Made by a program: the position numbers and the translations under genes. Below the pieces are notes generated by a model. That model did no database searches. It was not told where the DNA came from and saw nothing but the letters and a program-made list of their open reading frames with translations. Below are positions 19,672 through 30,636 of a DNA stretch of 64,000 nucleotides, in pieces; position 1 is the first letter of the stretch, and the number at the start of each line of letters is the position of its first letter. The stretch is taken from NCBI GenBank assembly GCA_003279605.1, contig QCHF01000002.1, positions 64,529 to 128,528 of the forward strand. Direction: 5' to 3'. The DNA is from SAR86 cluster bacterium AG-390-O18 (lineage in GTDB: Bacteria; Pseudomonadota; Gammaproteobacteria; Magnimaribacterales; AG-339-G14).

Positions 19672-20373
19672 CTATTTATTTAAAATTTTTAACATTGACA
19701 ATAATACAGTAGGTACTGTTTCTGTTTTGATGACTAACTCTCCAAGAGAGATACCTTCTAAACCATTGGATTTCATTTTATCAATTTCCTTCGGAGAAAA
19801 GCCTCCTTCTGGGCCTATCGAAAAGTAAATTTCATCAAATTTCGACAAGGAATCAATATTTTTATTCTCTCCTGGATTTAGATAAAACTTATTCTCCGAA
19901 GGTATTTCAATTTGCCATTCATCTAAGGTCTTATGTCCAATTTGTGGCATCCAATTGTTTCGAGATTGTTCACAGGCTCCCGTTACAACTTTTTTCCATC
20001 TTTCTATTTTTTTTTCTGAGGGTTTTTTCAAAAACTTCGATCTTTCAGATGATAAGCAATCAACTCGATAAACTCCCAATTGAGTCACTTCATTTAAAAT
20101 TTTTTCAAAATTTTTTATTTCAGAAATGCCTAATGAGATTTTTGGGAAAGTTTTTTCTTGAATCTTTGTCTCACCTATTGAAAAAATTTCACAGGTTTTT
20201 TTATTAATTAGGGAAATAGATGCTTCAAGGAATTGCCCTTTCGAATTAAATACTTCTATCTTGTCTCCTTCTCTTTTTTTTATAACTAAAAGGTGGTGAA
20301 AACTGTCTTTATCTAGTTTGTAAGTTTTGTTTTTTGTAAGTTCCTGATCGAGAAAAATTCGTGGTATTCTCAT
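19672..20373 (-). CDS. rsmE: 16S rRNA (uracil1498-N3)-methyltransferase RsmE
   Basis: MRIPRIFLD at the N-terminus and IGPEGGFSPKEI at the C-terminus. It lies immediately upstream of gshB, as in enterics. Confidence 0.85.
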   Translation of the reverse strand: MRIPRIFLDQELTKNKTYKLDKDSFHHLLVIKKREGDKIEVFNSKGQFLEASISLINKKTCEIFSIGETKIQEKTFPKISLGISEIKNFEKILNEVTQLGVYRVDCLSSERSKFLKKPSEKKIERWKKVVTGACEQSRNNWMPQIGHKTLDEWQIEIPSENKFYLNPGENKNIDSLSKFDEIYFSIGPEGGFSPKEIDKMKSNGLEGISLGELVIKTETVPTVLLSMLKILNK

Positions 20374-20414
20374 ACTTTTATCTTACTGCATATATTTAGC
20401 TTGTTTTTATTTAA

Positions 20415-20969
20415 ATGAAAATTTTTCTGATTAGACATGGTGAAGCTGCCCAATCTTGGGACCAATCAGCAGATCCAGGATTAAGTGAACTTGGGAAAGA
20501 ACAAGCACTGGAGTGTTTTAATACTCTCTATGGAAAAGAAGATCTCAATCAATTTAATTTAGTCTCCAGCCCACTTAAAAGAGCTCAAGAAACTAGTTTG
20601 CATTTCAAAAAAAACTTAGACAAGCAACTGTCCTTGAATGAGGCTTTCAGAGAAATTCCATCTCCAGGAGTATCTTTATTAGAGCGTAAAAATTGGTTGC
20701 AAGAAGTTTTCAAAAAAAATATTAACGAATTGGAAAAGCCACAACAAATTTGGCAATCAAAAATTCTTTCTAATTTAAAAAGTTTTACCGAACCAACAAT
20801 CATTTTCTCTCACTTCATGGTTATAAATATTGTTGTAAGTACTTTAAAAAACGATCCCAGAGTGGTTTCTTTTTATCCTGATAACTGCTCGATTACTGAA
20901 ATAGAGAATAATGAAGGCAAACTAAATTTAGTATCTATAGGAAATGAATTACAAACCCACGTGAATTAA
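20415..20969 (+). CDS. Histidine phosphatase superfamily protein (branch 1, SixA/PGM-like)
   Basis: Has the catalytic motif IRHGEA at residues 6-11 and a later SSPLKRAQET. The stop overlaps the fis start (TAATG). Confidence 0.65.
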   Translation: MKIFLIRHGEAAQSWDQSADPGLSELGKEQALECFNTLYGKEDLNQFNLVSSPLKRAQETSLHFKKNLDKQLSLNEAFREIPSPGVSLLERKNWLQEVFKKNINELEKPQQIWQSKILSNLKSFTEPTIIFSHFMVINIVVSTLKNDPRVVSFYPDNCSITEIENNEGKLNLVSIGNELQTHVN

Positions 20970-21232
20970 TGAGAAGTAAAGATCAAAATAAAGAGGATAG
21001 AAAGTCGCTAAAATATCAAGTTGGATTAGCTCTAAGAAGATACTTCAAAGAATTAGATGGAAATAAAGCAACTAATGTTTTTGAAATGGTCATAAAAGAA
21101 GTGGAAAAACCAATGCTTGAAGAAGTGATGAAATTTTGTAATGGCAATAAATCCCAAGCCAGCAAAATATTAGGTATAAATAGAGTCACCCTTAGAACAA
21201 AACTAAAACAATACAATATAAAAAATGGCTAA
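20969..21232 (+). CDS. fis: Fis-family DNA-binding protein
   Basis: 87 aa with the C-terminal HTH NKSQASKILGINRVTLRTKLKQYNI. It is followed by purH-purD, as in Pseudomonas. Confidence 0.85.
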   Translation: MRSKDQNKEDRKSLKYQVGLALRRYFKELDGNKATNVFEMVIKEVEKPMLEEVMKFCNGNKSQASKILGINRVTLRTKLKQYNIKNG

Positions 21233-22787
21233 AAATCGTAAAATCAAAATCAAACGAGCTCTCGTCAGTGTTTCTGACAAAACTGGCATTGTAGATTTTG
21301 CAAAAAAACTCCATAACTTGAATATAGAAATCATATCGACAGGGGGGACAGAAAAATTATTGAGAAAAAATAAAATTCCAGTAGTTCCTGCTGAAAAATT
21401 TTCAGGTTCTCCTGAAATGATGGGTGGCAGAGTTAAAACTTTGGTTCCACAAATTCATGGAGGGATTCTTTCTCGCCGAAAAGAAGATAGAGACGAAACA
21501 AAAAAACACGGTATCAAAGAAATTGATCTGGTTGTGGTGAATCTCTACCCTTTCGAAGAAACAATAAAAAAACCTAACATTGAATTGGATGAAGCAATAG
21601 AAAATATTGATATTGGAGGTCCAACAATGTTGAGATCAGCCGCTAAAAACTTTTTCCATGTCGCTGTAGTTTCGTCTCCAAATCTTTATGATTCATTTAT
21701 TGCTGACTTAAAGAGTGAAAGTGGCAAGTGTTCATATGAAACTCGAAGAAAATTGTCTTTGAAAGCTTTTGAACATGTAGCAAATTATGACATTGCAATT
21801 GCAAACTTTTTATCAACTTATGATGATGAGGCTCCAGAAAACTTTTTCAGCAGTCATAAGCTTAAACAAGTATTACGGTATGGAGAAAACCCTCATCAAG
21901 AAGCAAATTTTTATATAAATTCTGGGTCTGAAGGAGCAGGCATCACTTCAGCAGAGCAAATTCAAGGAAAAGAACTTTCTTATAATAATATTGCAGATAC
22001 CGATGCAGCCATTGAATGCGTTTCAAATTTTGAAAAACCCTCTTGTGTCATTGTCAAACATGCAAATCCTTGTGGCGTTGCTTCTGGGAAGACATTGTTA
22101 GAAGCCTATGAGAAAGCTTTTTCTTGTGATGAAACCTCTGCATTTGGTGGCATTATTGCTCTTAATAAAACGCTTGATAAATTTACGGCAAAAAAAATTA
22201 TCGATAATCAATTTGTTGAAGTCATAGCTGCACCAGCCATTAATCCTGCTGCAAAAAAAATAATAGCTACAAAAAAAAATGTACGTCTTTTGTTAGTTAA
22301 AGATTTATTTCAAAAACCAACCGGTTTTAAAACCTTAACTATGAACCAAGGTATTCTGGTTCAAAATGTTGATGATGGTGTGGTATCAAAAAAAGACCTC
22401 AAAGTAGTAACCAAGAAAAAACCAACTTCCAAACAAGTCAATGATGCTTTATTTGCTTGGCGTGTGGGAAAATATGTCAAATCCAATGCAATTGTTTATG
22501 CGAAAAATAATATGACTCTTGGTATAGGAGCGGGTCAAATGAGCAGAATCGATAGTGCTGAAATTGCCGTTAGTAAAGCCAAAAAAGCAGGTTTTAATCT
22601 TAAAGGAGCTACTATGGCTTCGGATGCGTTTTTTCCATTTAGAGATAGCATTGATGAAGCTGCAAAGAATGGAATCCAATGTGTTATTCAACCTGGTGGA
22701 TCGATAAGAGATAAAGAAGTTATTGCAGCAGCTAATGAAGCAAATATGATCATGTTTTTCACCAGCATGCGTCACTTCAGACATTGA
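21225..22787 (+). CDS. purH: Bifunctional AICAR transformylase / IMP cyclohydrolase PurH
   Basis: RALVSVSDKTGIV, STGGT, GGRVKTLVP.IHGGIL and VVVNLYPF, with C-terminal FFTSMRHFRH. Confidence 0.97.
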   Translation: MAKNRKIKIKRALVSVSDKTGIVDFAKKLHNLNIEIISTGGTEKLLRKNKIPVVPAEKFSGSPEMMGGRVKTLVPQIHGGILSRRKEDRDETKKHGIKEIDLVVVNLYPFEETIKKPNIELDEAIENIDIGGPTMLRSAAKNFFHVAVVSSPNLYDSFIADLKSESGKCSYETRRKLSLKAFEHVANYDIAIANFLSTYDDEAPENFFSSHKLKQVLRYGENPHQEANFYINSGSEGAGITSAEQIQGKELSYNNIADTDAAIECVSNFEKPSCVIVKHANPCGVASGKTLLEAYEKAFSCDETSAFGGIIALNKTLDKFTAKKIIDNQFVEVIAAPAINPAAKKIIATKKNVRLLLVKDLFQKPTGFKTLTMNQGILVQNVDDGVVSKKDLKVVTKKKPTSKQVNDALFAWRVGKYVKSNAIVYAKNNMTLGIGAGQMSRIDSAEIAVSKAKKAGFNLKGATMASDAFFPFRDSIDEAAKNGIQCVIQPGGSIRDKEVIAAANEANMIMFFTSMRHFRH

Positions 22788-22788
22788 T

Positions 22789-24054
22789 ATGAGAGTTTTG
22801 GTAATAGGTTCTGGCGGAAGAGAACACGCGCTTGTTTGGAAACTTGCTCAAAGCAGTTTGTGTGAAAAAGTTTTTGTTGCTCCTGGAAATGCCGGTACTG
22901 CTGATGAGCCAAAAACAGAAAACGTTGACTTAAGTGCCGAAGATTTAGATGGGCTATTGGATTTTGCAAAAAACAAAGAAATTGATCTAACTATTGTCGG
23001 TCCTGAGGCTCCTTTAGTCTTAGGTCTGATTGATTTATTTGAAAAAAATAATTTGCTTTGTTTGGGTCCCAATAAACTTGCTGCGCAAATGGAAGGCTCA
23101 AAGATTTTCATGAAAGATGTTTTGAAGAAAGGAAACATTCCTACTGCAACTTATGAAGTATTTTCAGATCCTGAGCCTGCAAGAGAATATTTAAAAACAT
23201 GCGATATCCCAATTGTCCTTAAAGCAGATGGCCTTGCAGGCGGGAAAGGTGTAATCGTTGCTTTTTCTAGAGAAGAAGCCTTAGAAGCTTTGAACTCTTT
23301 AATGGTAGATCAAAAACTTGGTTCTGCAGGAGATAATCTTGTTATTGAAGAATTCCTTAAAGGCGAAGAAGCCAGTTTCATTGTTTTGTGTGATGGTGAA
23401 AGTGTAATTCCTTTGGCAAGTTCTCAAGATCACAAACAAAGAGATGATGGTGACAAAGGACCTAATACAGGTGGGATGGGAGCATATTCCCCTACTCCCT
23501 TAATTACTGAAGAGCTAAATGAAGAAATTATGAATGAAATAATTCTCCCGACCTTGGCTGAATTAAAACGAAGAAACATAGAATATAAAGGTTTTTTATA
23601 TGCTGGTTTGATGATCGATGATCAAAAAATTAAAGTCTTGGAATACAACTGTAGGTTTGGGGATCCAGAAACTCAGCCGATATTAATGAGAATGAAAAGC
23701 GATTTTCTTGATTTATGTTTAAAGGCTGCTAAACAAGAACTAAAAGGAGAACAAATTGAGTGGGATGAAAGATTTGCTTTAGGAGTTGTAATGGCTTCGA
23801 AAGGCTATCCTGAAAAATATGAAACTGGTTTTCCAATCTTGGGAATAAAAGAAGAGAATGAAACATCAAAGGTATTTCATTGTGGAACAAAGAAAGAAGA
23901 AGAAGAAATTCTTTCAAATGGCGGTCGAGTTCTTTGTGTTACTGGACTAGGAAATGATTTAGATACTGCTTTTGAAAAAGCTTATGAGACAACTTCAAAA
24001 ATTAGTTGGAGTGGAGCTTTTTACAGAAAAGATATTGGAAAAAGGAATCAGTAA
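22789..24054 (+). CDS. purD: Phosphoribosylamine-glycine ligase PurD
   Basis: MRVLVIGSGGREHAL, KADGLAGGKGV, EEFL.GEE.S, NTGGMGAYSP and EYNCRFGDPE. Confidence 0.97.
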   Translation: MRVLVIGSGGREHALVWKLAQSSLCEKVFVAPGNAGTADEPKTENVDLSAEDLDGLLDFAKNKEIDLTIVGPEAPLVLGLIDLFEKNNLLCLGPNKLAAQMEGSKIFMKDVLKKGNIPTATYEVFSDPEPAREYLKTCDIPIVLKADGLAGGKGVIVAFSREEALEALNSLMVDQKLGSAGDNLVIEEFLKGEEASFIVLCDGESVIPLASSQDHKQRDDGDKGPNTGGMGAYSPTPLITEELNEEIMNEIILPTLAELKRRNIEYKGFLYAGLMIDDQKIKVLEYNCRFGDPETQPILMRMKSDFLDLCLKAAKQELKGEQIEWDERFALGVVMASKGYPEKYETGFPILGIKEENETSKVFHCGTKKEEEEILSNGGRVLCVTGLGNDLDTAFEKAYETTSKISWSGAFYRKDIGKRNQ

Positions 24055-24057
24055 ATT

Positions 24058-24840
24058 TTAGAGAAGTATTTCTCGAAGTGCTTCACCTGGACTTGGCTCT
24101 CGCATAAAACTTTCACCAATAAGAAAACTATGAATACCTTCCTCTTTAGAAGATAAAATATCTTCTCTTGAACTAATGCCGCTTTCAGATACCACAATCA
24201 CATCTTTGGATATTTGCTTTGCTAATTCTATTGCTAAATTTTTATCGACCTCAAATGTTGTGAGATCTCTATTATTAATACCTACTAACCTTGGATCGAT
24301 GGATAAGGCTGTATTCAATTCATCTTCCGAGTGAACTTCAATCAAAACATCCAAATTTAACTCTTCTGCCAATTTAGAAAAGTCCTTCAATTGTGCTAAA
24401 TCAAGAGCAGCAACTATCAAAAGTATACAGTCTCCTCCTGAAGCTTTTGTTTCGTATATTTGATAAGGATCAATCATGAAATCTTTTCTTAAAATTGGTA
24501 ATGTGCAAGTGTTCCGTACCATGTCCAAGTACTCCAATTTTCCTTGAAAAAATGGTTCGTCTGTGAGGATACTTAAAGAAGTGGCACCATTAGCTTCATA
24601 ACCTTCTGCAATCTTTTTCGGCTCAAAATCCTGCCTTATAAGGCCTTTGCTGGGTGATGCCTTTTTAATTTCAGCAATAATAGCTGTTTCTTCCTTAGAA
24701 ACCCTAGTTGAAATTGCTTCAATAAAGCCTCTTTTCTCATATTTTTCAAAATCTTCCTCTAACGAAGAAATCGGCCTATAAGAACTAGACTTTTTGACTG
24801 TTTCTTTAGTAGTTTCTATTATTTTATTAAGCTGATTCAT
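24058..24840 (-). CDS. trpC: Indole-3-glycerol phosphate synthase TrpC
   Basis: IAEIKKASPSKG, LSILTDEPFFQG, LRKDF, GINNRDL and SESGI. Confidence 0.95.
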   Translation of the reverse strand: MNQLNKIIETTKETVKKSSSYRPISSLEEDFEKYEKRGFIEAISTRVSKEETAIIAEIKKASPSKGLIRQDFEPKKIAEGYEANGATSLSILTDEPFFQGKLEYLDMVRNTCTLPILRKDFMIDPYQIYETKASGGDCILLIVAALDLAQLKDFSKLAEELNLDVLIEVHSEDELNTALSIDPRLVGINNRDLTTFEVDKNLAIELAKQISKDVIVVSESGISSREDILSSKEEGIHSFLIGESFMREPSPGEALREILL

Positions 24841-25858
24841 TAAAATTATTAGAAAAAGTAGCTAATTCCTTAAGCTTATCAAAGCCTGATCCTGACTTTA
24901 TTACGTCAATTGCTATCTCAAATGCTTTTTCAAAGCTAGTTACTAAGTCAGAAACATAAATTACAGCAGCGGAGTTTAAACTTGTTATATCTTCGCCTGA
25001 TTTAAAGCCTTTATTTTGGAGAGTTGTTTCTATAAGTTCTAGACTTTTTGAAGGAGAGTCTATTTGAAGATCATTTAAATCATCATGATGAATATCAAAA
25101 TCTTTTGGATCAATTTCATACTCTTTAATTTTGTTATTTTCCAATTCCGCCACAAATGTTTTGTCTACTGAACTAATTTCATCAAGACCATCTTTTGAAT
25201 GAAAGACCATCGCTTTAATTGTTCCAAGATTTTTTAGAGTTTCTGCAACAGGCAAAACCCATTTAGGATCATAAACCCCAATACATTGTCTTTTTGCACC
25301 TGCAGGATTTGTAAGTGGTCCAAGCAAATTAAAAATAGTTTTATCAGCAATTCGTTTTCTTACTGGCATGACATATTTCATTCCTGGATGAAAATTTTGA
25401 GCGAACATAAATCCAATTCCAATTTCCTCAATACATTTAGCAACTTGATTTGGACTAAGACTCAAATTCACATCAGCTGCTTCTAAAACGTCAGCACTGC
25501 CACTTTTGCCGGTTGCTGTCCTGTTACCGTGTTTTGCAATTTTTATGTTTGCTGCTGCTGATACCAAACCTGCAGTAGTAGATACGTTCATCATACTTTT
25601 TCCAAGTCCTCCTGTTCCGCAACAGTCAACAAGATTATCTTTCTCTTTCAAATCAACTTTTAAAGACGCAGCTCTCATTGCAAGGACAGCTCCAGTCAGT
25701 TCATCTGATGTTTCTCCTTTTCCCGAAAGGCTAAGAAGAAAGTTTTCAATTTCTTGATCTGAAATCTTTCCAATAAAAATTTCTTGCATGACGTATGCAG
25801 TTTCTTCCTGAGAAAGATTTTTTGAAGAAACTTTAGATATGATTTCGGTTGAATTCAT
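24827..25858 (-). CDS. trpD: Anthranilate phosphoribosyltransferase TrpD
   Basis: [33 protein letters not shown]. Confidence 0.95.
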   Translation of the reverse strand: MNSTEIISKVSSKNLSQEETAYVMQEIFIGKISDQEIENFLLSLSGKGETSDELTGAVLAMRAASLKVDLKEKDNLVDCCGTGGLGKSMMNVSTTAGLVSAAANIKIAKHGNRTATGKSGSADVLEAADVNLSLSPNQVAKCIEEIGIGFMFAQNFHPGMKYVMPVRKRIADKTIFNLLGPLTNPAGAKRQCIGVYDPKWVLPVAETLKNLGTIKAMVFHSKDGLDEISSVDKTFVAELENNKIKEYEIDPKDFDIHHDDLNDLQIDSPSKSLELIETTLQNKGFKSGEDITSLNSAAVIYVSDLVTSFEKAFEIAIDVIKSGSGFDKLKELATFSNNFNESA

Positions 25859-26421
25859 ATTGTATTTAAAAAATTAGAAAGAAGTTTTTTCCCATCTTCG
25901 GTCATGATTGATTCTGGATGAAACTGAACTCCACTCACATTCAATTTACAATGTTGAATTCCCATAATAGAACCATCAACAGTTCTCGCGTTAACAATAA
26001 AATCTTCAGAAAGGGTTTTTTCCTCAATGACTAAAGAGTGATATCTGGTTGCAGTGAAATTATCAGGCATGCCTTCAAATAAAAAATTACCATCATGCTG
26101 AATTTCAGAGGTTTTGCCATGCATAAGTTCTTTAGCTTTTATGATATTTGCACCAAAGACTGCACCAATGGCTTGATGTCCCAAACATACACCTAATATA
26201 GGCTTATTTTCCTTAAAAGAATCAATAACTTGCATCGATATCCCAGACTCTTTTGGGGTGCATGGTCCTGGAGAAATTACAATATATTTAGGATCCAATT
26301 TCTCTATTTCTTCTATCGTTATTTGGTCGTTTCTGAAAGTTTTAACGTCTTGTCCTAACTCTCCAAAGTATTGAACAAGGTTATAAGTAAAAGAGTCGTA
26401 ATTGTCGATCATCAATAACAT
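25855..26421 (-). CDS. trpG: Anthranilate synthase component II (glutamine amidotransferase) TrpG
   Basis: [14 protein letters not shown], the catalytic [10 protein letters not shown], and FHPES. Confidence 0.95.
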   Translation of the reverse strand: MLLMIDNYDSFTYNLVQYFGELGQDVKTFRNDQITIEEIEKLDPKYIVISPGPCTPKESGISMQVIDSFKENKPILGVCLGHQAIGAVFGANIIKAKELMHGKTSEIQHDGNFLFEGMPDNFTATRYHSLVIEEKTLSEDFIVNARTVDGSIMGIQHCKLNVSGVQFHPESIMTEDGKKLLSNFLNTI

Positions 26422-27873
26422 TCAAGAACCTATATTATTAATTGCTTTAACTATTGCCATTGATTTATTGTTTACTTCTTCCCATTCATGCTCTGCAACA
26501 GAATCGGCAACTATGCCTCCACCAGCTCCAACGTATATTTTTTTATCTTTGATGACAGCACTTCTGATGACAATAGCAGTATCCATATTACCTGACCAAG
26601 ATATGTACCCTACTGCTCCGCCATATATTCTTCTTCTTGAAACTTCTAGTTCATCAATAATTTCCATAGCCCTGACTTTGGGGGCACCTGTTAGAGTTCC
26701 TGCTGGGAAAGTTGCTCTTAGTGCGTCTATCGGAGAGATATTGTCTCTAACCTTTCCAACTACATTGGAGACCAAATGCATTACATGAGAGTATCTTTCG
26801 ATAATCATTTTTTCATTAGTATTTACTGATCCAATTTCAGCAACTCTTCCGATATCGTTGCGACCTAAATCTATAAGCATTAAATGTTCTGCTAATTCTT
26901 TTGGATCATTTTTGAGTTCGTCCTCAAGTTGTTGGTCTTCTTTTTTATTTTTTCCTCTAGGTTTGGTTCCAGCAATTGGTCTGACGGTAATATCCCCATG
27001 CTCAAGTCTTACTAAAATTTCTGGAGATGATCCAACTAATTGGTAATCTCCAAAATCCAAGAAAAACATGTAAGGAGAAGGATTTAATTTTCTAAGGGAT
27101 TTATAAAGTTCAAAGGGAGGAAGATCAAAATCTGCTGATCTTTCCTGAGCAAAGACGACCTGCATTACGTCTCCCTCAATTATATAATCCTTTATTTTTT
27201 CAATACACTTTGTGTATTGTTCAAAATTCATATTTGATTTGAAAGTTATTTCATTTTTGGATGTAACTTCTTCAGTTTTACTATCATCTTGAGATTCTAG
27301 TCTTTCTATCAACTCATCAATCTCACTAAATGTTTCTGAGTATGAATTTTCAATATTTGGATTTGAATAAAAAACAACTTCCAAAGTTTTTTCTAGGTTA
27401 TCAAAAATCATCACTTTGTCAGATATAAGTAAATTTATATCTTCTATTTCATGAGCTTGATTTTTTGAAGTATTTTGAAGTTTAGTTTCTATTAACCTAA
27501 TAGATTCGTAGCCAAAAAAACCAACTAATCCTCCTGAAAAAATTGGCAAATCTCCTGTATCGGGATAAAAATTTTCTTCTAAATAATTTTCAATAAATTT
27601 TAAGGGATCAGATGAGGAAATTTTTTCTTCAATACCCTTTAAATTTAGAAAAATTTCAGAATTCTTAACTTTAATTGAAGATTCAGAGGGTAATCCAATA
27701 ATTGAATATCTACCCCATTTCATGTCAACTTCTGCGGATTCTAGAAAATAAGAGCCTTTTGACTTAAATTTATCAAAAATATCAATAGGTATAAGCTTTT
27801 CAGCCTTTACTTTCTTTGATAAAGGTACACGATTATATGTACCTTTTTGATTATAAAATTCCTTTTCTTTCAT
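26422..27873 (-). CDS. trpE: Anthranilate synthase component I TrpE
   Basis: LESAE, SPYMFFLDFGD, GSSPE, PAGTLTGAPKVRAMEII.ELE and RRIYGGAVGY. Confidence 0.95.
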   Translation of the reverse strand: MKEKEFYNQKGTYNRVPLSKKVKAEKLIPIDIFDKFKSKGSYFLESAEVDMKWGRYSIIGLPSESSIKVKNSEIFLNLKGIEEKISSSDPLKFIENYLEENFYPDTGDLPIFSGGLVGFFGYESIRLIETKLQNTSKNQAHEIEDINLLISDKVMIFDNLEKTLEVVFYSNPNIENSYSETFSEIDELIERLESQDDSKTEEVTSKNEITFKSNMNFEQYTKCIEKIKDYIIEGDVMQVVFAQERSADFDLPPFELYKSLRKLNPSPYMFFLDFGDYQLVGSSPEILVRLEHGDITVRPIAGTKPRGKNKKEDQQLEDELKNDPKELAEHLMLIDLGRNDIGRVAEIGSVNTNEKMIIERYSHVMHLVSNVVGKVRDNISPIDALRATFPAGTLTGAPKVRAMEIIDELEVSRRRIYGGAVGYISWSGNMDTAIVIRSAVIKDKKIYVGAGGGIVADSVAEHEWEEVNNKSMAIVKAINNIGS

Positions 27874-28281
27874 TTAATTTAGGACTAGTTTTGAATTATT
27901 CTTAATATTATGTGAAGAAAACCAACCTTTAGATAGTTCTATAGCATATTTAGCAGGTTCAGATGAGCATACTGAATCAAGCGACCTTGGAGATAATTCC
28001 TTTACTTCAATCAAAGTCATATCTTCTCTAAAGAAACCAAGGTCTAAAGGAATATAAGTATTTTTCATCCACATGCATCTTTTACCTTCATTTTTCCAAA
28101 TGAATAACATTCCATCTGAATTTGATAAATCTTTTCTATACATGAGACCTTTTGATTTTTCTCTTTGAGAAATAGCCAATTCTACGCATATATTTACTTT
28201 CTCAATAGAAATTGAGCTGCATTCTTTATCAGAACTAGCTAAACCTGGAGACAATAAAAGAAGAAAAAGTAATTTAATCAA
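27874..28281 (-). CDS. DUF192 domain protein (secreted)
   Basis: Has a signal peptide and the motifs [13 protein letters not shown]...GMLF...[14 protein letters not shown], characteristic of DUF192. Confidence 0.65.
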   Translation of the reverse strand: MIKLLFLLLLSPGLASSDKECSSISIEKVNICVELAISQREKSKGLMYRKDLSNSDGMLFIWKNEGKRCMWMKNTYIPLDLGFFREDMTLIEVKELSPRSLDSVCSSEPAKYAIELSKGWFSSHNIKNNSKLVLN

Positions 28282-28942
28282 TTAAAGATTTTAAATTTGA
28301 AATTGTGTCTTTGTAATTTTTTGTATTAAAAATAGCAGATCCAGCAACAAAAGTATCTGCGCCTGCCTTGGAAACCTCCGAAATATTTTCTTTTGAGATA
28401 CCTCCATCTACTTCTAACCTAATTTCTTTATCCAGAGAATCTATCTTCTTTCTTAGCTTTTTAATTTTAGGAATTGTTGAATCTATGAACTTTTGTCCTC
28501 CAAAACCGGGGTTAACGCTCATAAGTAAAACCAAATCTAATTCAGGCAGAATTGAATTTATTGTGCTTAAAGGTGTAGCAGGATTAAGGACCATGCCAGC
28601 TTTTAATTCGTAATTCTTTATCGTTTGGACGCATTTATGTATGTGTTCAGTCGCTTCTGGATGAAAACTTATTACAGACGCTCCTGCTTCAGCAAAATCG
28701 TCAATCAGCCTTTCCACTGGCTTAACCATCAAATGCACATCAATTGGAGCTTTAATTCCATAATCAATTAAAGACTTACATACCATAGGTCCAATAGTAA
28801 GATTGGGAACGTAGTGATTATCCATAACGTCAAAGTGAACCCAGTCAGCCCCAGCTGATAACACAGCGTCAACTTCTTTGCCAAGCTGCGAAAAATCTGC
28901 AGATAAAATTGATGGAGCGATTACATTCTTTTGTTTGGCCAT
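28274..28942 (-). CDS. rpe: Ribulose-phosphate 3-epimerase Rpe
   Basis: [35 protein letters not shown] and VDGG. Confidence 0.95.
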   Translation of the reverse strand: MAKQKNVIAPSILSADFSQLGKEVDAVLSAGADWVHFDVMDNHYVPNLTIGPMVCKSLIDYGIKAPIDVHLMVKPVERLIDDFAEAGASVISFHPEATEHIHKCVQTIKNYELKAGMVLNPATPLSTINSILPELDLVLLMSVNPGFGGQKFIDSTIPKIKKLRKKIDSLDKEIRLEVDGGISKENISEVSKAGADTFVAGSAIFNTKNYKDTISNLKSLID

Positions 28943-28955
28943 AGACAGAAGTTTA

Positions 28956-29615
28956 CTATTCGACTACTAACCCGTCTAACAAGTTCAACTCTTTTTTTGA
29001 GTTTAAATTTACTAAATCTCCTGAATAAATCTCTCCTGTAACTTCATTTTGTTTTACATACTTTTTAAGTAAATCAGTCCATAAATCATAATAATCCTCT
29101 TTGAAATCTTTGAAAATTTTTGGATTTATTACAGCAATGCCTGCATAAGTTAAATTGTTTTTTGTTTTTAAATTTTTTACGATGCCAGTTTCAAGGTATG
29201 CATCTTTTGATTTTTTTTCTTCAACAAAAATTAAATGAGCCGCTTTTCTTAATTTAAAGTCTATAAACTTTTCAAGAGGATAATCGCTCCATAGATCCCC
29301 ACTTAATAATAAAAAAGGTTCTCTATGAATAAGTCTTTTAGCTTTTATCAGAGCACCACCAGTGCCTTGAATTTCTTCCTCATGAGAATATTTTATTTTT
29401 AAGCCATATTTTTCTCCTTTACCAATCGATCTAATAATTTTATCTGATAAGTAGTGTGTATTTATGACTACATCATTGAAGCCTGCCTTTTTAATTTTTT
29501 TTAAATTCCAATAAATCAGAGGTTTATTATTAATTTTGATTAATGGCTTGGGTAATTTTTCTGTGAGAGGTCTAAGCCTCTTTCCATAACCAGCTGCCAG
29601 AATAAATACTTTCAT
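28956..29615 (-). CDS. murU: N-acetylmuramate alpha-1-phosphate uridylyltransferase MurU-like nucleotidyltransferase
   Basis: [21 protein letters not shown] at the N-terminus and about 220 aa. It is overlapped by and follows an AmgK-like kinase beside lptD, as in Pseudomonas. Confidence 0.75.
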   Translation of the reverse strand: MKVFILAAGYGKRLRPLTEKLPKPLIKINNKPLIYWNLKKIKKAGFNDVVINTHYLSDKIIRSIGKGEKYGLKIKYSHEEEIQGTGGALIKAKRLIHREPFLLLSGDLWSDYPLEKFIDFKLRKAAHLIFVEEKKSKDAYLETGIVKNLKTKNNLTYAGIAVINPKIFKDFKEDYYDLWTDLLKKYVKQNEVTGEIYSGDLVNLNSKKELNLLDGLVVE

Positions 29616-30631
29616 GATGCTTTTAACCGTTGCTCCAAAATCGGTATTAAATTCTTAAAAAAATTACTATATCTTTTTGTATCGCCATATTCTAAAGAAG
29701 AAGTTATTAAGTATTTAAGAATGGTTTTAAAATCTTTTAATCTCTCTGACCTCTTTAATTCTAAAAATACCTGAGATAATTTTCCTAATATTCTTATCTG
29801 TCTTTGAAGACTTGCAAAATCAATCATTCTTTTAACATCTATAGATTTAAGTGAAGCGCTCTTTGCTATTTGAGAGTTTTCAACATAAAAATCAAGCCAA
29901 TTAATTATTTCGTCATCAGTCCACTTAATATATAGATCTTTAAATATAGAAGCTAAATCTATGCCCAAAGGGCCTATCAAAGCATCTTGAAAATCAATTA
30001 CACCAATTTTTTCTTCCGACAAAGACATTAGATTTCTTGATTCAAAATCATAATGGTTTATTACCTGAGGATAATCTCTAAGTTCAGAAATTATTATCGA
30101 ATAAAATTCATCAATTTCTTCTTTTAAACTTTCAAGTTCAGGTACTTCTAAAAATTCTTCTAAAAAGAATTTTTTAAATAAATTTAAATTATTTTCTGTA
30201 ACTTTTTCAAAGTCAGAAAATATGTCTTTATCTAATTTTATAACTTCAATTTTATGGATTTGTTTTATTGCTAATTTGATTAGTTTATTTGAATTTTTTT
30301 TATTCAAATAAAATTGCAAAACGTCATCGCCAAAATCTTCAACAATTAAATGCCCAAGGGAGTTATTTTTAAAATAAATATCTGGCACATTTACTTCTGC
30401 CTGTTTAAATATTTTTGCCTTAGTGTAAAAGGATTCAATACTTTCATCTATTCCCTCAGGAACAACCATTAATATAGAGCTGTTATCTTTAAAAGGAATT
30501 CGAAAAAATGTCCTTTGACTAGACTCTATTCGAAGCTTTTGACCTTGAGATAGAATGTCTTCATTTGATACACCAGTGCTTTCTGATACCCACTTGAGGG
30601 ATTCAGTAGAAATATCGCTTAGCTGAATCAA
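29612..30631 (-). CDS. amgK: Anomeric MurNAc/GlcNAc kinase AmgK-like (aminoglycoside phosphotransferase fold)
   Basis: APH-type catalytic region NHYDFESRNLM and IDFQDA. It has a TTG start. It is paired with murU and divergent-adjacent to lptD. Confidence 0.7.
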   Translation of the reverse strand: MIQLSDISTESLKWVSESTGVSNEDILSQGQKLRIESSQRTFFRIPFKDNSSILMVVPEGIDESIESFYTKAKIFKQAEVNVPDIYFKNNSLGHLIVEDFGDDVLQFYLNKKNSNKLIKLAIKQIHKIEVIKLDKDIFSDFEKVTENNLNLFKKFFLEEFLEVPELESLKEEIDEFYSIIISELRDYPQVINHYDFESRNLMSLSEEKIGVIDFQDALIGPLGIDLASIFKDLYIKWTDDEIINWLDFYVENSQIAKSASLKSIDVKRMIDFASLQRQIRILGKLSQVFLELKRSERLKDFKTILKYLITSSLEYGDTKRYSNFFKNLIPILEQRLKAS

Positions 30632-30636
30632 AATTT

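Noticed and set aside
27871-27880. A trp leader peptide or attenuator upstream of trpE.
   Set aside because: trpE abuts the preceding gene with zero spacing, so there is no sequence in which a leader could exist.
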